Virus record (IMG/VR): IMGVR_UViG_3300044655_000639
Span: 10,283 to 74,282 of that record
Source: a virus
DNA length: 64,000 bases
Direction: 5' to 3' (one strand)
Shown: piece by piece, positions 46,328 through 55,200 of the stretch
Numbering within the stretch: the first letter of the stretch is position 1
Layout of the letters: each line of letters begins with the position of its first letter
Notes under the pieces: model-generated
What the model saw: the letters and a program-made list of their open reading frames with translations, nothing else
What the model was told of the DNA's origin: nothing
The model's database searches: none
Position numbers and translations under genes: made by a program

Positions 46328-47173
46328 ATGAGCTATATAGTATATAAACACACCAATAATATTACAGGTAAGTCCTATGTAGGTCTGACTAAATACACAA
46401 TAGAGCATAGATGGTCTCAACATGTGTATGAAGCTATGAAAGGCAGACGTAACTATAAGTTCTATAATGCTATAACTAAGTATGGTACTGATGTATGGAC
46501 AAGTGATACGCTAGTGTATGATATAGAAACATTCGAGGAAGCTGCTATACATGAAAAGTACATGATAGCTTTATATGATTGTATAGATAATGGTTACAAT
46601 ATATCAGAAGGCGGTGAAGGTTGCACTATAAAGGCAGGTCCAAGTCACCCACTGTATGGTGTCAAGAAGAGTAAAGAACATGTTGATAAAAGTGTGAAAG
46701 GGACTAAAGAAGCTAAAGATAAATGGACAGAAGAAAGACGTATGCAGTATAGTGCTACATGTGTAGAAGTTCTCAGAAAGAGATGGGAGACTATAGAGTA
46801 CTCCTTCTACCATGAGGATTATGGTGTAGTAACAGGATTTGTATCTGATATAGCTAACAAGTACCAACTATACTCAGGGTATCTTAGATATGTAACAAAG
46901 GGCAAATCTAAACACTGCAATGGATGGTTTCTGTATACAGGTGATAACGGGGACTATACCAAAGATCCTATATACACTTTCACACATGAACTATATGGAA
47001 ATGAGACTTTAACCTTAAAAGATATGAGTATTAAGTATAATCTATCAAAAGGTAATCTATGCATGGTAGCCAAAGGACAGCGTAATCACACTGGAGGTTG
47101 GAGACTAGCAATGATGGATGCTAAGGCATTCGATGCTATGAACATGCCAAAAAAAGAAGGAGTAAAGAAATGA
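46328..47173 (+). CDS. GIY-YIG homing endonuclease with NUMOD-like repeats
   Basis: IVYK.TN.I.GKSYVG.T...RW..H...E...I......NGYN...GG motif, H.LYG.KKS.EH, and two K...HxxGW repeats. Confidence 0.88.
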   Translation: MSYIVYKHTNNITGKSYVGLTKYTIEHRWSQHVYEAMKGRRNYKFYNAITKYGTDVWTSDTLVYDIETFEEAAIHEKYMIALYDCIDNGYNISEGGEGCTIKAGPSHPLYGVKKSKEHVDKSVKGTKEAKDKWTEERRMQYSATCVEVLRKRWETIEYSFYHEDYGVVTGFVSDIANKYQLYSGYLRYVTKGKSKHCNGWFLYTGDNGDYTKDPIYTFTHELYGNETLTLKDMSIKYNLSKGNLCMVAKGQRNHTGGWRLAMMDAKAFDAMNMPKKEGVKK

Positions 47174-47592
47174 GTAACTACCTAATGGATATGAACACTA
47201 CAAGAGAGAACGTAGACAACAGAGCTATAGTGATCAAGGACTGGAACTATGGTCCTGTAAAGCTACAAGGTGATAACCTACAGTACTGGGACAAACTAGC
47301 AGGTATCTGGAAAGTAACACCACAAGTAGCAAAGAGACATCTATGTGCTAACTGTGAGTACTTCGATAATACTCCTGATATGATGAAGCAGATGATGAAT
47401 ATTCTACCTGACTCATATGATAAGGATGGAGGTATCAGAGGATACTGCCATAAGTTCGACTTCATAGCACAAGCAGTACGTAGCTGTCAAGCATGGGGAG
47501 AGAAAGACTACTATACTGATGAAGCAAAGATGAAACCTGCTAAGATGAATGGTCTAGGTGATGATGACTTCATGACTAAGATGAATAAGTAA
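47170..47592 (+). CDS. Cys-motif protein (HiPIP-like CxxC...C...CxxW pattern)
   Basis: CANCEYF...GYC...SCQAW. Confidence 0.6.
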   Translation: MSNYLMDMNTTRENVDNRAIVIKDWNYGPVKLQGDNLQYWDKLAGIWKVTPQVAKRHLCANCEYFDNTPDMMKQMMNILPDSYDKDGGIRGYCHKFDFIAQAVRSCQAWGEKDYYTDEAKMKPAKMNGLGDDDFMTKMNK

Positions 47593-47601
47593 GGAGTTAT
47601 C

Positions 47602-48213
47602 ATGCCTGAAATGAATATAGGAAAACATACTAGTAATGATAATGGAATACTGGATGTAGGATATTTCAACGCTAACCAAGAACTACTGAGAGAAAGTCTA
47701 CTGACTGATCCAAGTGGGGGGATGTATGTTGTAGATAAACTAAGTAATGCTGTACATGAAGGAAGAGCATTTGCTATTAATTCCAAAGGCACTATCACTG
47801 CAGGAAGTACTCTGCGGATGCATGGTAGAACAGGTGATAAAGAAGTACACTTCGATCACTTCCACGTAGCAACAAGTAAAGGATTCATAAGTCTAGCTCT
47901 ATATGAAGCTCCAACAGTGACAGTACTAGGAAGTGTAGTACCAGCACTCAATAGAAAGAGAAACTCTCTCATAGTACCTACAATGATTGTATATGGTGGA
48001 TCTACTATAACAGTGAATGGCACATTACTGGAGGAACATACTATCTATGATACAGGTGGTACTGGTAGTCATCTGACACAAGGTAGTGGTGGTATAGATG
48101 CTGACTGGATACTGAAACCTAACACTGACTACCAGTTCATGATCACAAATACTGACAGTACAAGTGTGAACTATACTGCTCGCTTCATATGGGCAGAGAG
48201 AGATCCTATTTGA
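47602..48213 (+). CDS. Hypothetical protein, possibly structural
   Basis: AAGGAG RBS; beta-rich; ILKPNT.Y motif. Confidence 0.65.
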   Translation: MPEMNIGKHTSNDNGILDVGYFNANQELLRESLLTDPSGGMYVVDKLSNAVHEGRAFAINSKGTITAGSTLRMHGRTGDKEVHFDHFHVATSKGFISLALYEAPTVTVLGSVVPALNRKRNSLIVPTMIVYGGSTITVNGTLLEEHTIYDTGGTGSHLTQGSGGIDADWILKPNTDYQFMITNTDSTSVNYTARFIWAERDPI

Positions 48214-48238
48214 CATTAAGCTAAGAATACGTTAAGAT
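48210..48238 (+). promoter_or_regulatory. Strong sigma70 promoter for the capsid operon
   Basis: TTGACA-17 bp-TAAGAT. Confidence 0.7.
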
Positions 48239-48313
48239 TTCAATACGACCTACAAGTGAAGTCGATAAAAGCTCTAAATCAGGTAATCTCGTAAGAGGAC
48301 ACAAAGGACATGT

Positions 48314-48646
48314 ATGACAACAGAGGAACTCGAACTAATCGAAGACTCAAACAAAGAAGCTAAGGAAGCTATAGCTTTAGGTGAAGCATTCAAAAGACTG
48401 CTTGAGAATGAAGACTACCAGAAGGTAATCTCTAATGGTTATATCAAGGACTATGCTAAAGAGTTAGGAATGGCTATTGCTATGAATACTGGAGCGTATG
48501 ATACTGATAAGATGATTGAAGACCTGAAGGGTATCAATGCATTCGTAGGCTATGGTTTCAAGGTTGCTAATGCACACATGGCTGCAGAACAAGATCTGAT
48601 AGAGAATGCTCGTTATGTTGCAGAAACTACAGAAGTAGAGGAGTAA
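48314..48646 (+). CDS. N4 gp58-like protein
   Basis: A...I..GEA..RL..N.D..KVI..GY pattern; synteny between portal and capsid genes. Confidence 0.7.
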   Translation: MTTEELELIEDSNKEAKEAIALGEAFKRLLENEDYQKVISNGYIKDYAKELGMAIAMNTGAYDTDKMIEDLKGINAFVGYGFKVANAHMAAEQDLIENARYVAETTEVEE

Positions 48647-48649
48647 CAG

Positions 48650-49714
48650 ATGAGTGTAAATCTAGATAATATGTCTGATGAAGACTTTGAAACACATATG
48701 AATAACCTTCCTAGAGAGGAAGAAGATGAAGCAGTCATTGAGGACACTGAGCCTACTGATACTGTAGAAGATGAGACTACTACTGGTGACGATCAGAGTG
48801 AAGAGGAAGAGTCTACAGAAGAAGAGGAAACAGAATCTCAAACTACTGATAGTGATGAAGAAGAGAACGATAGTACAGAAGACACAGAAGAGGATACTCA
48901 GGAAACCACGGAAATCGACTACAAAGCATTCTATGAGCAAGTAACAGCTGACTATAAAGCAAACAATAGAGTTATGCCTGGATTGAAAGATCCTGAAGAC
49001 TTTAGAAAAGCATTAGCTATGGCAAGTAACTATGCACTGAAGACTACTGCTATCAAACCTCATCTAGGTCGAATCAAGATGCTGAAAGATGTATCTGATG
49101 AAGAACTAAATGAGATGATGGACTTCAAGAATCGTAATCCTGAAGTTATCAAGAAAGCATTGAAAGATGCTGGTATTGACCCACTGGATATTGATGTTGA
49201 TGAGAAGGTAAGCTATCAGGCTAATGACTACAGAGTAAGCACTGCTGAAATAGAGTTTGAAGAGATCATTGATACTATCAAGGATACTCCTGAGTTTGCT
49301 AGGACAAGTGAAGTAGTGACTTCTGTATGGGACGAAGCTTCTAAGAAAGCTATGCTGGATAATCCACATCTGATCAAAGCATTGAATGAAGAGATGCAGA
49401 TGGGACGATATGATACCATCCAAGGTATGATTGATCAGCGTAAGCTATTAGGGAAGACTGGTGGAATGACTGATCTACAAATGTATCAAGAGATTGCTAC
49501 AGAGATGCAGAGAAGTCAAGTACAACAGTCTGCTAAAAAAGTAGAAGTAGTAGCACCTGTACAGAAAGTTGAAGACCCTGCTGTAAAAGAACAAAAGAAA
49601 CAAGCAGGGATAAGTACTAAGAAGACATCTAGTGCTGTGAAGAAGTATGACCCAACTAAGTTGAGTGATGAAGAATTCATGGAACTAGTAGCTTCTGGTG
49701 CTAAGTTTATCTAG
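48650..49714 (+). CDS. N4 gp57-like acidic protein (scaffold-type)
   Basis: MSDEDF, long acidic tract, DYKAFY.....KAN, GIDPLDID and LSDEEF motifs. Confidence 0.75.
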   Translation: MSVNLDNMSDEDFETHMNNLPREEEDEAVIEDTEPTDTVEDETTTGDDQSEEEESTEEEETESQTTDSDEEENDSTEDTEEDTQETTEIDYKAFYEQVTADYKANNRVMPGLKDPEDFRKALAMASNYALKTTAIKPHLGRIKMLKDVSDEELNEMMDFKNRNPEVIKKALKDAGIDPLDIDVDEKVSYQANDYRVSTAEIEFEEIIDTIKDTPEFARTSEVVTSVWDEASKKAMLDNPHLIKALNEEMQMGRYDTIQGMIDQRKLLGKTGGMTDLQMYQEIATEMQRSQVQQSAKKVEVVAPVQKVEDPAVKEQKKQAGISTKKTSSAVKKYDPTKLSDEEFMELVASGAKFI

Positions 49715-49722
49715 GAGATAAC

Positions 49723-51165
49723 ATGTTATATGGTAATGGCACAAATAGCTCTGTAGGAGCACAGTTTAATACATATGAGTACAAGCGTAAAGCTCTCATC
49801 GAGACAGCAAAAGCTGAGTACTTTTCACAATTAGGTGACTCTGAGAGTCTTACAAAGAACTACGGACAAAAGATCAAGAAGTATCACTACCTTCCATTAT
49901 TGGATGATCGTAATATCAATGACCAAGGTTTAGATGCAACTGGTGTATCTACTGCGAATGAGGTGACTATCACTATCACTACTGCAGATGGTGAAGATAT
50001 CTTAGCTGTTGGTAATGGTTCTAATGCTGCAACTGCGTTGACTGCTGCACAAGCACGAGCAATGGTAATCTTCAAGCAAGAGCTTGGTATTGATATTGCA
50101 AATGCATTGTATGATACGTATGCTGAAGCTGTAGCTGCTTATGTTAATGGTGCTTCATCTACTGTAGCTAATCGTGGTTCATTGGTTGTAGGTGCTGCAG
50201 TTAATGCATCTGGTAACTTATATGGTTCAAGCAAGAATCCTGGATATATCTCTGGTAAATTGCCTACGTTGTCTGAGTCTGGTGGGCGTGTTAACCGTGT
50301 TGGTTTCAAGCGTTTAGAGCTAGAAGGTTCTATTGCTAACTATGGTTTCTTCTATGAGTGGTCTAAAGACTCTATGGACTTTGATACTGATGAAGAGTTG
50401 TATACTCATATCAATCGTGAATCTGTACGTGGTGCTCGTGAGTTGTCAGAAGACATCATCCAAATGGACTTGCTAGCTGGTGCTGGTGTTATTCGTTATA
50501 CTGGTGATGCAACATCATTAGCAACAACTGGTTACAATGCTACTGCTTTGTTGAACTCTGTAGTAACTTATGATGACCTTGTTAAGCTTGGTGTAACTCT
50601 TGATGATAACCGTTGTTCTAAGGACACAACTGCTATTACAGGCTCTAAAGATACTGATGTATTGAATATCCCTGCAGCACGTTATATGTTCATTGGTTCT
50701 GAGTTGATTCCTACAATCATGCGTATGACTGATTATCACTCTGTGAAAGCATTTATCCCTATTGAGAAGTATGCTCAAATGAGTGCAAGTGGTAAGTACA
50801 CTAATGCATTGCATGGTGAGATTGGTGCAGTAGCTGGATTCCGTATCGTAGTTGTCCCTGAGATGATGGGTTATGTTGGTGCTGGTGAGAATGTTGGTGC
50901 AGACCTTTCATACCTTAATGATGGTGCTAAGTACAATGTATACCCAATGTTGGTTGTAGGTTCTGGTGCATTTGCTCATATCCGTTTCCAAGTATCTGGT
51001 GGTATGTCTGACAAGTTCAACATCATCGTACGTAAGCCTGGAACATTCGCTAATGCTGATGATCCATACGAGAAGATCGGATATAGCTCTATCCAATTCT
51101 GGCAAGGAACAATGATCCTTCGTCCTGAATGGTTGGCTAAGGTGCTCACGTTAGCTAAGGGGTAA
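49723..51165 (+). CDS. Major capsid protein (N4 gp56-like)
   Basis: KKYHYLPLLDDRNINDQG.DA.G, GNLYGSSK, LP.L.E.GGRVNRVGF.R, GEIG...FRIV.VPEM and DPY...G..SI motifs. Confidence 0.95.
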   Translation: MLYGNGTNSSVGAQFNTYEYKRKALIETAKAEYFSQLGDSESLTKNYGQKIKKYHYLPLLDDRNINDQGLDATGVSTANEVTITITTADGEDILAVGNGSNAATALTAAQARAMVIFKQELGIDIANALYDTYAEAVAAYVNGASSTVANRGSLVVGAAVNASGNLYGSSKNPGYISGKLPTLSESGGRVNRVGFKRLELEGSIANYGFFYEWSKDSMDFDTDEELYTHINRESVRGARELSEDIIQMDLLAGAGVIRYTGDATSLATTGYNATALLNSVVTYDDLVKLGVTLDDNRCSKDTTAITGSKDTDVLNIPAARYMFIGSELIPTIMRMTDYHSVKAFIPIEKYAQMSASGKYTNALHGEIGAVAGFRIVVVPEMMGYVGAGENVGADLSYLNDGAKYNVYPMLVVGSGAFAHIRFQVSGGMSDKFNIIVRKPGTFANADDPYEKIGYSSIQFWQGTMILRPEWLAKVLTLAKG

Positions 51166-51192
51166 ACCCTTGCTAAGCTTCTGGGCATAGGT

Positions 51193-51210
51193 GATTCTCT
51201 CAGGAGAGTC
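51193..51210 (+). terminator. Stem-loop after MCP
   Basis: GATTCTC-TCAG-GAGAGTC. Confidence 0.45.
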
Positions 51211-51265
51211 TAACACTAAGAGTGGTATCATCCACTCTATAATAAAAAGATAACAAGGAAATAAA

Positions 51266-51814
51266 ATGAGTGAAGAAACCAAAGTACCAACTCCTAGAGA
51301 GTTATTAAAAGAGAAAGCTGACTTGCTTGGAGTTGAGTATAAGAGTAATGTAACAGATGCAAAGCTGTTAGAGTTAATCGAAGCTAAGATGAAGCCTGTA
51401 AAAGCTGAAGTGGTAGTGGAGAAATCAGAGGAAGAGAAAATACAGGAGACTATTGCTGAGAGTCGTACTAAGCTGATGAAGCTACGTAGAGTGATCCTAA
51501 CATGTAATGATCCACAGATGAAAGAATGGGATACTACACCTATCCTGAGCGTAAGTAACTCTATCATCACACTACCTAAGATTGCAATTCCACTGAATGT
51601 AGAGTGGCATATCCCACAAGGGTACTATGATCTATTGAAGAGTCAAAGATGTGGTATTGATGTAAAAGGTAAAGATGGTAAAGGTCGTACAATCACAGTA
51701 CGTAAAGAGATTGCTAAGTACAATATCCAAGATCTACCTGATCTAACTATTGAAGAACTAGCTGAATTAAAGCAGATGCAGATTGCACGAGATGGTGTAG
51801 CAAAAGCTGAATAG
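51266..51814 (+). CDS. N4 gp55-like protein
   Basis: LK..A.LLG......KL, KL.RV...C.DP..KEW, WHIP and LP.LT.EEL.EL...Q motifs. Confidence 0.75.
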   Translation: MSEETKVPTPRELLKEKADLLGVEYKSNVTDAKLLELIEAKMKPVKAEVVVEKSEEEKIQETIAESRTKLMKLRRVILTCNDPQMKEWDTTPILSVSNSIITLPKIAIPLNVEWHIPQGYYDLLKSQRCGIDVKGKDGKGRTITVRKEIAKYNIQDLPDLTIEELAELKQMQIARDGVAKAE

Positions 51815-51820
51815 TATGAT

Positions 51821-51842
51821 GATGGTCTCTTAGGAGGCTATC
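51821..51842 (+). terminator. Stem-loop after the gp55-like gene
   Basis: GATGGTCTC-TTAG-GAGGCTATC. Confidence 0.45.
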
Positions 51843-51865
51843 TATGATATTATCAAGGAGAACAT

Positions 51866-52234
51866 ATGGCAGCAGTAACACAGTTTACAATCACTAAAGG
51901 TAATGAACTAGAGTTCTATATCATCATAAAAGAGAATGGTACAGTATCTCCTCTAGTACTAGATCCTGCTGATACATTCTCATATAGCCTAGTCAATAAG
52001 AAGCATGGTACTAAGGTAGTAGAAGATGTTCCTATGACTATAGTTGACGGACCAAATGGTAAGATCAAAGGAGTTATAACCGCTGAAGTAAGTGCTACTC
52101 TACCGCATAAGGTAGGTAGTGCTGAAGATGGGTATATCCCAAGAGCAAGTCTACGTCTAATAGTGAATGGAGATACTGCTGCTCAAGGTATGTTCGTAGC
52201 ATCTATCGAAGATGTATATGTTATAGTAGGATAA
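51866..52234 (+). CDS. Small Ig/BppU-N-like virion protein
   Basis: I.KG....F.......G...L...I.D...G.I pattern; precedes the large fibre gene. Confidence 0.5.
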   Translation: MAAVTQFTITKGNELEFYIIIKENGTVSPLVLDPADTFSYSLVNKKHGTKVVEDVPMTIVDGPNGKIKGVITAEVSATLPHKVGSAEDGYIPRASLRLIVNGDTAAQGMFVASIEDVYVIVG

Positions 52235-52237
52235 GTC

Positions 52238-55200
52238 ATGGATATTGAAGTAGAATCTCCAATAACAGTAGAAGCTGAAGTACAGACATATACACTAGTA
52301 TCTGATGATATCTATGTAAGAAGATATGGCACATCCAACATACCTCCATGGTATGCTAGTATGATAGAAAGTCTCATAGCTAACTCTGGAACGATAGCAA
52401 ATATGGATGATGTCATACAATATTTAAGTAGTCTAGAATCAGGATACAACACAAAGTTCTTCAACCTAGAGACAGTAGATTCTGAGACAAACGCACTGCT
52501 ATCAAGTCTGGTATCGACTACTGGAGGACATACGGCAGCAATAGCAAGTCTAGATATTACAAAGACTGATGCTGACAGTGCTCTAGCTATAGCTCAAGAT
52601 ACAGTAGCAGCATACTTCAATGATGGAAGTGCAGGAGCATTCTTTGATAGTAAGATATCAACATATGCAAGTAATGTGGAAGCTAATGCTAATAACATCT
52701 CAGTACTAGGTGCGACACTCAATGGAGTGTCTGCTAGAATTACTACTGTAGAAGATGTAACAATATCCCAAGGACTGGATATCCAAACTCTACTAGCATC
52801 TACAGATGGGAGTGTAGATACATACTACCAACCTGAAGCACCAACCACAGCTAATTATGGTGACTGGTGGATAGATACAGATTCTAATCCTATCAGAGCT
52901 TATAGATATGAAGATAGCAATGGATTGAATACTGGTACTCTAATATGGACTGATAGATCTACTGATGTAGTAGCAATGACATATATCAATGTATGGAAAG
53001 ACAATACAAGAATAGATAATATCATAGACGGTACTACAGTAATAAGTATTGACAATGCAAGGGTAGGGGATATAAACATAGCTGCATACGTAGCCTCTGA
53101 GATAGACAAAGAAGTTGTAGTATATAGTGGAAGCATTCCTCCTCGTATAAGTACAGAGCCAGGAGGGCTACATCCTGCTACTGCTAAAGCAAATGATATC
53201 TATATCCAAAAGACTACTGCTACAAGTGCAAGTGGTGTAGTAGTAGATGTAGTAAATACATATACATACAATGGATCAATATGGGTAGTGACAGGTACAA
53301 ATAATAATTTGACTGCACTAGCTGATATGGCTGATGGTAAGAGAACAATATACAGAGGAACAACTGCTCCAACAAGCCCTGATGTAAATGATATCTGGAT
53401 ACCAGAAACAGGTGTAGTAGGATACCTAGCAGGAGGACTCTACCAATGGACAGGTACTGTATGGTTGGAAACTACAAGGTACACTGATGATACAGCAGTA
53501 ACTGATTTTATCACTGATACATTCCTACCATTCAAAGACTTAGTAGATGCACAACTAGACAATCAGATAATATCATGGTTCAAAGAAGTACCTCCAACAC
53601 TAGCTAATGAGCCTGCTTCACTATGGACTACTACAGTACTAAAAGATGAGCATCTAGCAGATCTATACTATGATACTGTAAGTGGTATAGCGTATAGATT
53701 CAACAAGAGTGCTGCTGGTGTATACAGCTGGGGAGTGATCAGTGACTCAGGTATAGGAGCTGCACTACTAGCAGCCTCAAATGCACAGGATACTGCAGAT
53801 GGTAAGCGTAGAGTATTCATATCACAACCTACTGCCCCCTATGATATAGGAGATCTGTATGTACCATTAACTGATAATGGGATATACCTAATCAATGATA
53901 TATGGATATGTAAAGTGTCTAAAGCTGAAGGTACAGCATTCTCAGCTTCAGACTGGAAACTAGCATCAGCATATAATACACTCTCACAAGGAGTGACAGC
54001 CCTTACTGATACTGTAGGAAGCCTACAATCACTGGTAGATCATAAGATAGAAACATTCTACCAAGCAACAGAACCTCACCCAGCAGTAACACTATTGGTA
54101 ACAGACCCATTACTACCAACATATGAAACATACGTAAAAGACATATGGTATGATACAGCAGGTACTCATAAGACATACATCTATCTCAATGAAGATAACT
54201 CCCTACAAGTAGATGATAATGGTCTCATAACTACTGGCAGTCCAATAGTAATAAATCTTCTAACCATAACTGCACTAGTAAATGATGAGGAAGACCTACA
54301 TGGTACATTAGGACTTAACGGTGATTATGGTGACAGCATAAGATACTTCTGGGAAGAAGTAGCAGTACCAGATGATGTATTTGATAAGATAGATGGTAAG
54401 AAAACAATCTATGTAATACAACCAACATCATATGCTGTAAATGATATATGGATACCAAGTGTTGATGTATCAATAACAGGTACTGTATTCCTAAAAGACT
54501 CTGTATATATCTCTACAGCTAATAGTACTGTATTCGATAAAACGCACTGGAGAATAGCTACAAAGTATACTGATGATACACTGGCTGCAAGTGCATACGG
54601 TCTAGCTGATGGTAAGATCAGAACATGGTTTCAAGATGATGCACCTACTGCATTAGCTGTAGGATATGAGAAAGGTGATGGAGACTTCTGGGTAGATACT
54701 AATAATGGTAATCTAACTAAAGTGTGGAAGTGGGTAGGACTACCATACCCATCAGGAACAGGCAGTTGGGTAGACACTACAAGTACTGTAGCAAATCAAG
54801 CACTAGAATGGAGTGCTACTGCTAGTAAGCTAATAACAGGACCAGATGGTAGTATCACTGGATGGGAATTCTCAGATGGTAGCAACCAGGTAAGTGACTT
54901 CAAGATCAAAGCTACTAACTTCAGTGTAAGTGATGGAACTACAGGATATACACCATTCAGCATATCAGGTGGTAATATAGAACTGAATGGTACTGTAAAC
55001 ATAAACAAACTATCAAGTTCTATATTTATAGGGTCATATGCTTCAGCACCAAGTACTGTAAGTGTCCCGATGGGAGCTACAACATATACACTAAAGGATG
55101 GTGATACATATAGAAACTCCACCAATAATATAGTGTACTACAAGTCAGGAGCATCATGGTTATCCACTCAAGGGATAGCAGGCACTAATGCTAAGATAGT

